Below, one piece after another: positions 12,910 through 26,857 of a DNA stretch of 64,000 nucleotides (position 1 is the stretch's first letter; every line of letters starts with the position of its first letter). Origin of the DNA: Octopus sinensis. Lineage: Eukaryota. Made by a program: the position numbers and the translations under genes. Below the pieces are notes generated by a model, which worked only from the letters and a program-made list of their open reading frames with translations, was not told the DNA's origin and searched no databases. The stretch covers positions 84,630,001 through 84,694,000 of the forward strand of contig NC_043006.1 of the NCBI RefSeq assembly GCF_006345805.1, written 5' to 3'.

Positions 12910-13270
12910 CTATTTGGTTAAGAAGCTCGCTTAGCAGCTGCGTGGTTTTGAGTTCAGTCCTACCGTGTGGCACCTTGGGCAAGTGTCTTCTACTAAAGCC
13001 CCGAGTCGACCTCGTCAGTGGATTTGGTAGATGGACTGTGCGTGTGTGTGTCTCTCCCTCTATTTCTTTGTTTGGCCCGCCCCATCGATTAACAATCTAT
13101 GTTGGTTCGTCTAGGTCCTGTAACTTAGCGGTTCCGCTAAAGAAATCGATAGAAAAAGTACCAGTCTCAAAAAATAGATACAGGAGTCGATTTATTCGAG
13201 TAAAAACCCACGAAACTGGTAACCCAGCATGGCCGCACTCCAGTGAATGAAACGTAAAAGATAAAAGACA
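12910..13270 (+). mobile_element. Degenerate SINE family A
   Basis: ggcaccttgggcaagtgtcttctac..taacttagcggttc..ccagcatggccgca. Confidence 0.75.
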
Positions 13271-14246
13271 TTTTAAAAATGCGGAACGCTTTCCTTTCCC
13301 ATGAGGTAGGGGGCCACCAATTTGAAATTTTGTCCACTTTTCTTTTCCCCTAGAATACTGAACAGTTTATGTCTCGCACAAAAAAGAAGCCAGGCCTCAA
13401 ATGCCTATTGTACGAAATCGTAGTTAAGCAAACATATAAATATGTCTGGCAAAATTATTCATCTTTCAACATATTACTAGTATTTGCATTGAGATAACAA
13501 ATTGATAATCGATATTAAAAGGGAGAAAAACAAACGTTAGTATCAACAATTCACTGAAGTATCTCTTTCTACGTACGACATTTAGATTGGTTAAAGGGAG
13601 GCGGTGGTAAGGGAAATATAAACATGTACACGAAAAGGGAAGGATACGGGCAGAAGAATACAAGAGGGGAAATAGAAAGTGTCTGTATTAAGTGTACGTG
13701 AGTGAACGTGCGTGTGTATATGAGTTTCTCTTCCTCTCTCTGTGCTCGCCCCTCTCACTTCTTCTCTCTTCTTCTTTCTTTCCCCGCATTTCCCCTGTCT
13801 CTCTCTCCGATTGTTTGATTTTCTTCTTAAATTAAGCCACGAGAAAACACTTGTTGGTTACCATCGGTTTCAACAGTTTCTAGGTAAAGCCAGCGATGCT
13901 GAAGCTTCGTGAACTTGCGAATATCTCAGCGGACACCGGATCATTACGACGCCAGGAACAAACAGACAATTCTCTATGCATTTATGTATGTATGTATGTG
14001 TGTATGTATGTATGTGTGTATGTATGTATGTGTGTATGTATGTGTGTATGTATGTATGTATGTATGTATGTATGTATGCATGCATTTATGTATGCATATG
14101 TGTGTATGTATATATGTATCAATCTAGCTGTCTCGTTCCCTCTAGTTAGCTGTGTTTCCATCTGTCTTTCTATCTATCTCTCCCTCTAGCTGTCTATCTA
14201 TATGTCTATTTACCTATTTACCTATCTATTTATCTATCTATCTATC

Positions 14247-14617
14247 GTGGAGGCGCAATGGCCCAGTGGTTAGGGCAGCGGATTCGAGGTCGTAGAATCG
14301 CGGTTTCGATTCCCAGACCGAGTGTTGTGAGTGTTTATTGAGCGGAAACATCTAAAGCTCCACAAGGCTCCGGTAAGGGGTGATGCTGTACTCTTTCACT
14401 ACCGTTTTCTCTCACTCTTTCTTCCTGTTTCTAATGTACTTGTATTTCAAAGGTCCAGCCTTGTCACACTTTTTGTCACACTGAATCTCCCCGAGAACTA
14501 CGTTAAGGGTACACGTGTCTGTAGAATACTCAGCCATTTGCACGTTAATTTCACGAGTAAGCTGTTCCGTTGATTGGATCAACTGGAACCATCGTGGTCG
14601 TAACCGACGGAGTGCCA
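14247..14617 (+). mobile_element. SINE family C (tRNA head, RTE-like 3' tail)
   Basis: gtggaggcgcaatggcccagtggttagggc..ggtttcgattccc head; ends ccatcgtggtcgtaaccgacggagtgcca. Related copies at 24037 (-) and 46246 (+). Confidence 0.85.
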
Positions 14618-14978
14618 CGTCGTATCTATCTATCTATTTGTCTGTCTGTCTGTCATGGTTGTTATTATCGTTATTATTATTATTATTATTTGGAGGAGGA
14701 GGAGGAGGAGGAGGAGGAAGAGGAGGAGGAGGAGGAAATAAGTTTTGGTATATTAGTATTCAGAGTAGAACGGTAAAGAGAAAAAAAAACAGAAACTCAT
14801 GATTACGTTTCTTGATTATTAAACCTATGTTTAGTTACAGCGGTGATTTCTTGTTAAGTTTTAAATGGCTTGGTGATGTTTTAATAAGGATTAAGCGAGG
14901 GCCAGGAACTGGTAGCATAGTGTTGAGTACACGATGATAACTGATGAAAAAAATCTGAGATGCTCGCCTGACATATCT

Positions 14979-15019
14979 GCTACTGATGATACTCAAATAC
15001 GTAGAAATCTAGATTTACC
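14979..15019 (+). ncRNA. Hammerhead-like motif
   Basis: gcta-CTGATGA-tac..gta-GAAA-tctagaTT-tacc. Stem III is the palindrome ATCTAGAT; stems I and II are short. Confidence 0.4.
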
Positions 15020-15227
15020 AATTACATTGCCGCTGTTGGTCACTTTTCGTCCGCTATTGTTATTCTTCTGCGCATTTTATCACTATATGTCTCAACGAAA
15101 TGCTTTCTCGAGATAAATACTGCAGTTGTGTGGTTTTCTACAGTATATCTACGTTAAGTAAGATATACATAATGCAATTAAGTATCAATCTGTAAAGTTA
15201 CACAAATGTCACACAGTTGTTATCAGG

Positions 15228-15985
15228 TGCAGGGGTGGCTGTGTGGTAAGAAGAAGGCGGCGAGCGGGTAGAAACGTTAGCACGCCGAGCGAAATGCTTA
15301 GCGGTATTTCGTCTGCCGTTACGTTCTGAGTTCAAATTCCGCCGAGGTCAACTTTGCCTTTCATCCTTTCGGGGTTGATTAAATAAGTACCAGTTACGCA
15401 CTGGGGTCGATATAATCGACATAATCTGTTTGTCTGTTCTTGTTTGTCCCCTCTGTGTGTAGCCCCTTGTGGTCAGTAAAGAAATAAGAAGTTTACATCC
15501 CAACCACACTCTTCCGGGTTCAGTTCCACTGTTTGGATCCTTGGGTAACTGTCTTCTATTATACCTTGATCCCATCAAAACTTTGCGAGTAGATTTGGTA
15601 GACAGAAACTGAAAGAAACTCCTCGAGCATACATACATGCATACATACATATATACATACATCTATCTATATTATCTGCCTGTCTGTCTGTCTGTCTATC
15701 TGAATGTATGTATGTATGTATGTATGTATGTATGTATGTATGTATGTATGTATGTGTATGTGTGTTTTCTTTGTGTCTGTGTTTGTCCACCACTATCACT
15801 TGATAACTGGTGTTGATGTGTTTACGCGCCCGTAACTTAGCGGTCGGCGAAAGAGACCGATAGAATAAGCACCAGATTGAAAACAATAATAAGTACTGGA
15901 CTAAAACTCTTCGCTAGACTAAAACTCTTCAGGGCGGTGCTCCAGCTTGGCCGCAGCCTAATGACTAAAACCGGTAAAAGATAAC
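15228..15985 (+). mobile_element. SINE A interrupted by a nested SINE B (15254-15484)
   Basis: The SINE A head breaks after gtgtggtaagaag and resumes at 15492. Direct repeat taagaag at 15247-15253 and 15485-15491. Confidence 0.8.
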
Positions 15986-16693
15986 AGATTCAAGTTTTCT
16001 ACAAATGCCGATAAAAGTTGTAGACAGTGAGGTTACTCTGTTAACTAACGACTAAAAAAAACGCTAACGAAGGAAATATTGAACAAAATAACATAATCTG
16101 TGTCAGATGTTATCACCGTTCTTCGGTATTACATAAGTTTATTTATTAGAACACTATTGTAATAAAGGATGTATACAACATCCTTTATAATTGTACTATA
16201 ATTTATAAAGGATGTTGTAAAAAATATACACTCGAGAGGAAATTCCTTAAATATGTAAATAAAATACGTGATTAAATCACATAGATTATAAGACTGATAC
16301 GGAATGGCGGAAACAGGTGCTGTATTTGTATTTATATTGCCCAGTTTCTATCGCAAATTCACCTTTTGTTTTGTTGACTGAGTTGCTCATTAAAATGGAC
16401 GAAAGTTAACGTTGATAATCTTTCTTTTATTTTGGTTACTATTTTCCGCGTCTTGGTTCATTGTATCCTGTCTAACGATCTAAAAATCTGACCACCAGAT
16501 TCACATTCTTTTATTTATATGGAAGGAAATTGTCTATTAGTCACAAGTTGATCCAACTACAGCAGAGAACTGGTATTCCTTAATCGACACTCAAAAAACT
16601 GAAAGGTTAAGGCGACCTCGGTGGAATTCGAACTCAGAGTGCAAAATCTGGAACCAATCAGTCAGACGTTCTAACGATTTTGCAATACTGTCT

Positions 16694-16897
16694 GCGGGGG
16701 TGCTGAACAGTTTCTGGCTTTGGGTAAAAGAAAATACTGTAGTATCAGTTAATTATGTTTTGTTTTCAACATATTCCCCTCTCAGCAGTCTTACTGTAGC
16801 AGTCCTTCAGTTTTTCTAAGCCCGGTAAAAAATCTAGGAAGGGTGGGTCTCCAGCCAGGCCATTCGCGATACCCTTAAAGCCAGGAACTTTTCAGCA
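16694..16897. mobile_element. Tc1/mariner-type MITE (second copy)
   Basis: TIRs gggtgctgaacagtttctggctt / aagccaggaacttttcagca; the interior is homologous to 1785-1997. Confidence 0.75.
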
Positions 16898-17362
16898 TAT
16901 AGTTACACAGGGCAGTTGCGGGATTGGATTGAGCTAGGGCTCACAGGTTAAGAAATCTAATGCTAATCTACCTACTCTCTGACTTATAGTCCATAGATAA
17001 TAATATAAGCTCCATTACACTGCTTCGTTTTGGGGTGGGGTGGGGGTACAATGGTGTTAATACCCCAGTGTTGGGGTAAAATAGCACCGAAAATAGTTGC
17101 AGTCATCTAAACAAGAGTAAGTGTATTTCAAATAACTTTACCTTAAAGGTACCGACCCAGCAGTTCAGTCTAAGGCAATGCCTCTCAATGTAAGCAAAAC
17201 CATACTCTAATGGACGGTAGAAATTGTTTAATGGTTACAGGGGTAGATGAAAGAGGTAAGACAGCATATTTTAATTGCCCTAATTATCAAAAATATTTTC
17301 AATTTTTTGTTATTCTGTCTGTGGCTCAAGGTAAGCGAGCTGGCAGAATATCGATAGAATGA

Positions 17363-17850
17363 AGGCGGCGAGCTGGCAGAAACGTTAGCACGCCAGGCGA
17401 AGTGCTTAGCGGTATTTCGTCTGCCGCTACGTTCTGAGTTCAAATTCCGCCGAGGTCGATTTTGCCTTTTATCCTTTCGGGGTCGATAAATTAAGTACCA
17501 GTTACGGACTGGGGTCGATGTAATCGACTTAATCCCTTTGTCTGTCCTTGTTTGTCCTCTCTGTGTTTAGCCCCTTGTGGGTAGTAAAGAAATAGGTATT
17601 TCGTCTGCCGTTACGTTCTGAGTTCAAATTCCGCCGAGGTCAACTTTGCCTTTCATCCTTTCGGGGTCGTTTAAATAAGTACCAGTTACGCACTGGGGTC
17701 GATATAATCGGCTTAATCCGTATATCTGTCCTTGTTTGTCCCCTCTGAAGTTTAGCCCCTTGTGGGTAGTAAAGAAATAGAAATAGGTATTTCGTCTGCC
17801 GCTACGTTCTGAGTTCAAATTCCGCCGAGGTCAACTTTGCCTTTCATCTT
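17363..17850 (+). mobile_element. SINE B with two tandem 5'-truncated re-starts
   Basis: Full copy 17363-17593, then ggtatttcgtctgccg restarts at ~17594 and ~17786. Confidence 0.85.
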
Positions 17851-18362
17851 TACCATAAAGTTTGTGGTCATCCATGAATAACAAATGATTGATATTTTGT
17901 TGGCGGCTTTTGAATACATACCCAGCCTTTGCTTTCCTCAGAATCAGTGTTAGTGGTATCAAGCATAGTACAAAGATCAGTGGGGACAGGCAGTCCCCTT
18001 GGAAGATGCCTCTCTTGATTTCTATTGTCCCTAAACTTCTTCCATATGCTGTCAGTTCCGTCTTCCACTTCGCCACACTTTTCCAAGCAATCGCTCAACA
18101 TTCGATGCGACACCAAATAGGTTCATACACTCCATAATCCAAGAATGTCGGATCATATCGTACGCCTTACGACAGCCGATCCATGACATGGCTAAGTTAC
18201 TTTTCCTCTTCTTGCAGTCTCTAAGTACAGTTTTGTTTATCGGGAGTTGATCCTTGGTACCTCTGCACTTACACTTGCAACCCTTCTGCTCATATAGCAG
18301 GACTCCATTATTTTCCAGATGTTCGTACATTGACTCTGTGAGTATTCCAGTCAATAATTTCT
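17845..18362 (-). pseudogene. RT fragment of an RLE-type (R4/Dong-like) non-LTR retrotransposon
   Basis: Frameshifted ORFs give EQKGC..GTKDQL..KAYD, GIFQGDCLSPLIF and INHLLFMDD. Confidence 0.85.
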
Positions 18363-18420
18363 TTCACTTCGCTAACTGAAATGACCAGTTCTGCCTGTTT
18401 TGGACAGACTACTGCTTGTT

Positions 18421-19208
<788 letters not shown>

Positions 19209-19209
19209 T

Positions 19210-19661
19210 GAGTGAGGGAGCAGTGCATGCCATCAAAATGACACTGGGGTAAAATATACGAAGTCCAGTATACCCATCATGACTACATGTCTGATAAGGG
19301 CACACCAGGCACATGCATCACATGTGCGCGACATGGTGATCTCGTATCAAGATAAACAGCGCATGACCTTGCAGGAGAGGCCCAATTAGAATTTTCTTTA
19401 GGGTAGGTAACCCATCACCTTCAAAAGGTCTCTGAATAAGGTTTGTTCAAGGATGATGAGCGAAACGTCAATTTTTCCAGAGGTGAATAATTCAAACCTC
19501 AAAGAATTCATCTCAACACATGGCTATGACCATCCCCCACTAATTCTGCTCGTGATCAGAGATACACTTATCGTCAGCCACCAAGGGACATTCTCAACTG
19601 GTTAAGGTCTAACAACTAACAAGCAAATCTGTGGTATTGAGCAGAATATCTGCTGTAGCCC
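19210..19661 (-). mobile_element. Second, truncated copy of the TAA-associated repeat
   Basis: gagtgagggagcagtgcatgccatcaaa..gcagaatatctgctgtagccc aligns with 18553-19010. Confidence 0.75.
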
Positions 19662-19689
19662 ATTATTATTGTTGCTGTTGCTGCTGTGC

Positions 19690-20060
19690 TGTTGAGCGCT
19701 GTTGAGCGAACGGTCTTCGTCCCAGAGCTCGCAAGTTTGGAGAAGTCCGAAACGTATTCCTTTGCTATTCGTAAGACAAACCAGGTCACCCCCTGACACC
19801 GAGAGCATCGACGGATGGATGAATGCGTGTCCAGGCTCAGCGGTTGCGTAGGAAGTCGGGGACAAGAAACTGGAAGAAAGGGTGAGAGAAAGTTGGAGCG
19901 AAAGAGTACAACAGGGGTCGTCACTACCCCCTACTGGAGCCTCGTGGAGCTTTAGGAGTTTTCGCTCAATAAACACATACAACGCCCGGTCTGGGAATCG
20001 AAACTGCGATCCTCCGACCGCGAGTCCGCTGCCCTAACCACTGGGCCATTGCGCCTCCAC
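19690..20060 (-). mobile_element. SINE with family-C head but a different 3' half
   Basis: The first ~190 nt match SINE C; the sequence then diverges and ends gctcaacagcgctcaacagc. Confidence 0.75.
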
Positions 20061-20493
20061 TGTTGTTACTGCTGCTGCTGCTGCTGCTGCTGCCACTGCT
20101 GTTGTTGTTGTTGAGGATGATGATGTTTTGGACCAGATCTAAATAAACATCCTGAATGATGTTCCGTTCCTTTACAAACTGAATCGCCCTCGCACGTCGT
20201 AAATATAATGGTTAGTAATTGCTAGAAAGACACCAACGCCTACATACTTGAACTGTTTTTCCACAGCGAAATCGAGATGTCTTTAGACAATCAGTCAGAC
20301 AGTCAAGCAGCCAGACAGACAAACATGTAGGCGTGCAGTAAGGGAGGAAGAGAGAGGCATGAAGAGATGGGTAAATTGGTAGGTGAATACGTGAAGCTGT
20401 AAAAATCATTTTCTATTTCGATATTTATATTTTCTCGCTTTTGAGAACGTGTATTATGAATACAGAAGTAATGAGAAAATAGACATATATATA

Positions 20494-20562
<69 letters not shown>

Positions 20563-20784
20563 GTGTGTCTATCTATTTACATATATATATGTGTGTGTAT
20601 ATATGTATATATATATATATGTATACATCTATGTATATACGTATATATATACACGTATATATATATATGTACATAGATAAACACACACATATATATATAC
20701 CTATAGACACATACCTATATATATATATATATATATATACACATACATATGTATATAAATACATACCTATATGTCTCAATAAAT

Positions 20785-20823
<39 letters not shown>

Positions 20824-20977
20824 CATACATATATATACACACACACACTGTCATACACACACTCACACACACACACATATATATACAGAGGGAGATAGAC
20901 AGAGACAGAGAGGAGGGAGGGAGAGATAGAGAGACTGACAGACACAGACAAACAGACAGACAGACAGACAGATAGAC

Positions 20978-21085
<108 letters not shown>

Positions 21086-21261
21086 GGGTAGGTAGGTAGG
21101 TAAACAGATAGACTGCCAGATAGACAGAGAAACGGAAAGTATATTGAATCGGCAAACATGTAAGCAAAGTAATTAAAAACCTGTAGCTTCGAAATACAAT
21201 AGACTGAATGGATGGAAAAACGTACACTGGCAAAATTCCTAGAAACCTATGTGCACATATA

Positions 21262-21294
<33 letters not shown>

Positions 21295-21631
21295 CTATAT
21301 ATATATGTGGTGTGTGTGTGTGTGGTGTGTGTGTGTGTGTGTGTGGTGTGTGTGTGTGTGTGTATATATACATATTTACATATATATATATATTATATAT
21401 ATTAATATATATAACATATGTATATATATATATACATACATATATATATATATAACATATATATATACATATATATACATATATATGCACATATATTCAT
21501 ATATGCATATATATATACATATATATACATACATATATATATATACATAATATACATACATATACATACATATACATACATATACATATATACTTATATA
21601 CATGCATATATATATATATATATATATAAAT

Positions 21632-21678
<47 letters not shown>

Positions 21679-22569
21679 CATACATATAATATATCATATA
21701 TATTTACATACATATATGTGTATGTGTATATATAATATATATATGTATATCTGTATGTATATATGTATGTATGTATGCATGCATGTATGTATGTTGCATG
21801 TATGTATGTATGTATGTGTGTGTGCATGTATACACACGTAAATATACTTAAATAATACCATCGCAGCTAAACAAATAAATATATAATGAAATAATGAAAT
21901 AACGAAGCGTTGCATGTTTATTGCATTCAGCTCGGCTATTCAGTTCTTCGGCCATATTGATTAGTGGTTTTGTTTACGATGTTGGAAAGACATTACACAA
22001 GAAATACTTTGATTAACTCCGGACGAGAATGTAATGAACAAATATCAAATTACCGATATTAAATGGCAGGAGAAAAATAAATATATATAATAGAATGAAA
22101 GGTGTTAGAATCTTTTACTCTTTTTTTATGGATATTTGTTAGTTTTTGGTAATTTCTTTCTTTTTTATTGCGAACGTGGATTATAAATGAGTATAGAATT
22201 AATGAGAAGAACAATAATGTATATTGATAAATATATATGTGTATATATTTACATGTATGTATATATGCACATATTATGTGTGTGCGTTTGTGTCTATACG
22301 TACGTTTGCAATGTATGTATGTATTTTCACTTACTTATTTCAATCATTAGATTGCACCTATGCTGGGGCAATGCCTTGACGGGTTTCAGTTGAGCAGACT
22401 GATCTCAGTACATATTTTCTTAAAGTCTGGTATTTATTCAATTTGTCGCTTTTACCTAACCGCTAAGTTACGAGAGGGGAACAAACACAGACACAAAGAC
22501 AAGCAAGCGTATATAGCGCGACGACACTTTGGCAGTCAGACAACTGAGAGGGCCAGGCTGATTTCCACC

Positions 22570-23570
22570 TAACTAGGACTGACTCTTTAACTGTTTCTTT
22601 AAACCTCAAGACTTATTCTTTGAACCCTCCCATAAGTCCAACGAAAATATAAAATATATTAATAAGCATCCTTCCAACCCGGATATTATATTTAAGAACT
22701 TAATTCCTAACATTAGCCATAGAATCACATGCTTTTCTTCAGTTAGAGAAATATTTGAAAAGGCATCCCTATATTATATAAAGGATAGTGGTTTTACAGA
22801 TAAAATCTTTTATAACCCCTTCGACCATCTAGTAAGAATAGGTCCTGCAATATTTTATGGTTTGCCTCGCCCTTTTTCTTAAATGTTAGGATAATTAGAG
22901 GTAAAAGATCCAAACTCTTATTAAAGAATCACTTTCCCAGCAACCATAGTTGTAGTAAGATATTTAATAGGCAAATAATCGAAATATTTCTGTCCTCCTA
23001 ATGTCAAGACCTATATCAATAAGCAATTGATGATTCGGACTAGTCCTAGGTGAGCATGCAGAGATAACTCTAAATTTCCTCTTGATATCTCCTCCGTTGT
23101 TTATGAGGCACAGGTAATGACAAACGATGGTACAGGCCGGACAGATATCAAACGCTAAATGGGAGTCAGGGAGGGGAAGTTTAAATCTAGATACGATAAC
23201 CATCCTTCTATCATTAGGCACCTTGAGAAGAGATATACAACAATCCCCTTGGCATTAATCTGGAAAACTAAGAATGCGAACATCAACCATGTCTTCAAAT
23301 GAAAGACCCTTTATATTAAAGGGACAAAATGTTTCGTGTGCTCGCTTGAAAACTACCTCGTTTAAAGAACCTAAATCTCCAGAGACTGTATAAATACTAA
23401 AAGCGAGATTTTTTCATCATGTCTGCAGTTTACAAAGTACATCTTAGCAGATTTAAAGATAAACCATCGGACAGATCATGACTCATTCAAGTGTTGGTTT
23501 ATGACATTTTGAACAATCGTAAAAGACTGCCTATATTTGTTGTGTGTTAATTATATCCCCAAAATACGCA
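22570..23570 (+). mobile_element. Decayed Penelope-like element (RT thumb, linker and GIY-YIG remnants)
   Basis: Translates HKSNENIKYINKHPSNPDIIFKNLIPNISHRITCFSS..FEKAS..KDSGF, then KNHFPSNH..KIFNR. Homologous to the PLE at 61884-63190. Confidence 0.7.
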
Positions 23571-23806
23571 TGACCATTCAAACATTGGTTATATCTAACG
23601 CAGTTACTACAGCGTCATAGTGACTTGAAAATGGCAAGATTAGCTTCATAGTTCGACAAGGACAACCTGTGTAACTGAAATTCACAAGACTTTTCTGTGT
23701 TTCTAATTTATAATACACACCTACACACACACACACACAACACACACACACACACACACACACACCACACACACACACACACGCACTCATGCATCACAAA
23801 TATGGA

Positions 23807-23889
23807 GGCTACATATGTTTCCTGGCTAGCAGAACCTCGGAAGTAATAATTACTCAACGAGGGGTACTCCACTAGCCATTCATCAGGCC
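23807..23889 (-). ncRNA. Hammerhead ribozyme motif with 58-nt stem II
   Basis: ggc-CTGATGA-a-tggctag..cctcg..cgagg..ctagcca-g-GAAAC-atat-GTA-gcc. Confidence 0.65.
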
Positions 23890-24036
23890 GAAGATACCCC
23901 AGTTATATGAAGGTCACATTGCCGTTAGGGAATCCCAAGTTAACCCGTCGAAGATTCAATTTATATGGTACCTTCGGTCTAGAAGCATTCATGATGAATG
24001 TGAGAACTTTACAGTTTCAAACAAACTACGAGGAGT

Positions 24037-24423
24037 GGATGGAAGCACTCCGTCGGTTACGACGATGAGGGTTCCGGTTGATCCGAATCAACGGAACAGC
24101 CTGCTCGTGAAATTAACGTGTAAGTGGCTGAACACTCCACAGACACGTGTACCCTTAACATAGTTCTCGGGGATATTCAGCGTGACACAGAGAGTGACAA
24201 GGCCGGCCCCTTGAAATACAGGTACAACAGAAACAGGAAGTAAGAGTGAGAAAAAGTTGTGGTGAAAGAGTACAGCAGGGATCACCACCATCCCCTGTCG
24301 GAGCCTCGTGGAGCTTTTAGGTGTTTTCGCTCAATAAACACTCACAACGCCCGGTCTGGGAATCGAAACCTCGATCCTATGACCTCGAGTCCGCTGCCCT
24401 AACAACTGGGCCGTTGCGCCTCC
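24037..24423 (-). mobile_element. SINE family C with 12-bp TSD
   Basis: TSD actacgaggagt at 24025-24036 and 24424-24435. An empty-site homologue lies at ~26460-26545. Confidence 0.9.
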
Positions 24424-24533
24424 ACTACGAGGAGTAGATACGAAAACATAAAAAGAATTTAAATTATATATCTGGAGAGTTAACTTCGGACTCCTTAACG
24501 ACAGTGTAACTTTAATACAACTAAGGTATTTTC

Positions 24534-24616
24534 GCCCTGATGAGCAGTCAGCGGATTGCCCCTCGTTCAATAGTTATTACTTCCGAGGATCTTCCAGCTA
24601 GGAAACATATGTAGCC
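24534..24616 (+). ncRNA. Hammerhead motif (decayed partner arm)
   Basis: CTGATGA at 24537, a 58-nt stem II with cctcg/cgagg, and GAAACATATGTA at 24602. Stem I is weakened. Confidence 0.5.
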
Positions 24617-24859
24617 TGGATATTTACCCACTCCATCCCATCAATTCGAATTGTTATTCACGTTCATAGCAACCCTAGTTGCTAACAGTGAACTATAGAA
24701 AAACCTATTTTCGGCTTATCGATCTTCGTTATAGGAAAAGCCTACAACCTTCTACACCAATAAACTATTATTGTTCCTGAAAGTTGTTTTTAATACCTAT
24801 CACGGACTGCCAGAAGCTTACTAACTTCCTACACCAAGATCTTTGGATCTTACAATTAC

Positions 24860-24890
<31 letters not shown>

Positions 24891-25055
24891 TGTATGTATG
24901 TATGTATGTATGTATGTATGTATGTATGTACGTACGTACGTACGTACGTACGTATGTATGTATGTATGTATGTATGTATGTATGTATGTGTGCGTACGTG
25001 CGCGTGTGTCTGTGTGCGTGTTTGTGTTGATAGACAGATAGGCAGGTGTTTCTCT

Positions 25056-25127
<72 letters not shown>

Positions 25128-25599
25128 CATGTGTATACATATATTGTGCGTGCATTTAGTGTATGTGTGGCGTGTGTGGTATTGAGTACGTGTGTGCATG
25201 TTCAAGCGCGTGGGTTTGTGTCAGTATGAAAAAGAAGGCATACCTATAAGCAATACCCCCTCCACACACACAAAACAAAACAAAACAAAAACTAGCTTAT
25301 CAATAAAAGTAGTTTGGTGACCTTGAAACGTCGATATAATTGTCTTTAGACAGCTTATGTCATTGATCTCTTATATCCTTACAAAACAACATCCTTAGTA
25401 AAGAGTCGATCGAGCGGAAGGCAATGCCTACCTGCTACTTATTTTGAATCGATTTCAGGAGAATGAAAAGTAAAATCGAACGAATAAGCCACAAAATATT
25501 ATTGGTACTTATTTTACCGACACGGGTACATACCGGATGATAAAAGGCAAATTCGATCTTGAACTGATAAAGAAGCCATTATATGTGTATCAAAGTTTC

Positions 25600-26158
25600 T
25601 ACAGACAAGAGCTAATCTCCCTCAAATTACATCCCAGTTTCTGCTGGATTAGAGCTAACCAGGGGTTAGATGAAACTAAATACTGTGATGTATTTTTAAA
25701 AATGCTAAAGGTCGCTCGATCTTCTAGAAAGAGAAATTAAATCTCTTTTAAATCATACCCCTCTGTCCGCCGGATTAGAGTTAATCTGGGACTAGACGAA
25801 ATTAAATAGAGTAATGTATTAAAAGAAGGTTTAAATGTCGCTCGGTCTGCGAAAAACATGAAATAAATCTCCGTCAATGTCCCACTTTCTGCCGAATCAA
25901 GGCTCATTTGAAGTTGCAACAGTTAAAGACGAAACTAAACACTAAGGTATTAAAAGAAAGTTAAAGAATGCTCGACCTGCAAGAGACAGTAGTCAAATCT
26001 CCCTCAAATTGCATCTCAATGATAGCTGGATTAGAGCCAATCTGGGACTTAACAGAGATAACAACCAAATCTCCCTCAAAATACGTGCCAGCGTAATCTG
26101 GATCAGCGCTGATACGAACCTAGACAGCAGTAAGGTACGAAACTAAATATTAAGGTAT
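25600..26158 (+). repeat. Degenerate ~125-bp tandem array
   Basis: Recurring aaatctccctcaaa..ctggattagag..gacgaaactaaa..gtattaaaagaa..gctcg, about 5 units. Confidence 0.7.
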
Positions 26159-26229
26159 ATACATACGCATGCTACATACATACATACATACATACATACA
26201 TACATACATGCATACATACATACATACAT

Positions 26230-26262
<33 letters not shown>

Positions 26263-26588
26263 TACATGCTAAAATAAAGACTTAAACAGCAAACAAGATT
26301 GACCAAAACAATTAGAACACTTGATTGGTGACATATAAATCGAATGATTAAAATCAAATTCAAGCGGCAACCTCTACACGAATTACAATGACATTACCTT
26401 TTATAAAGAGAAAGCAACATACTCCAACATTACTTCGTCCTGAAAGCGAGACCGTGATGGTTTAGAAACATTCTTGATGGATTTGAGAACTTTACAGTTT
26501 CAAGCAATCTACGAGGAGCAGATAAGAAAATATAAAAAATAAGATATAAAATATATTTCGTTGACAGTCGTATACTCTTTAGTCTATT

Positions 26589-26806
26589 TTTTTTACTTGT
26601 TTCAGTCATTTGACTGGCCATGCTGGAGCATCACCTTTAGTCGAGCAAATCGACCCCAGGACTTATTTTTTGTACGCCTAGTACTTATTCTATCGGTCTC
26701 TTTTGCCGAACCGCTAAGTTACGGGGACGTAAACACACTAGCATCGGTTGTCAAGCAATGTTGGGGGGACAAACACAGACACACAAACATATACACATAC
26801 ACATAC

Positions 26807-26857
<51 letters not shown>

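Larger units (their letters stand above)
23797..24625. mobile_element. Inverted-repeat (back-to-back) PLE-like element carrying a hammerhead in each arm
   Basis: Arms ~23797-23965 and ~24460-24625 are diverged reverse complements of each other. Confidence 0.7.

Noticed and set aside
14247-14320. tRNA gene (also the heads at 20060, 24423, 33061 and 44651)
   Set aside because: A/B-box-like heads continue into SINE bodies, with no complete cloverleaf or terminator.
14941-14975. Isolated CTGATGA/CTGACGA hits (14941, 38581, 42914, 45276, 45496, 53069) as hammerheads
   Set aside because: No properly placed GAAA, stem II or stem I complement.
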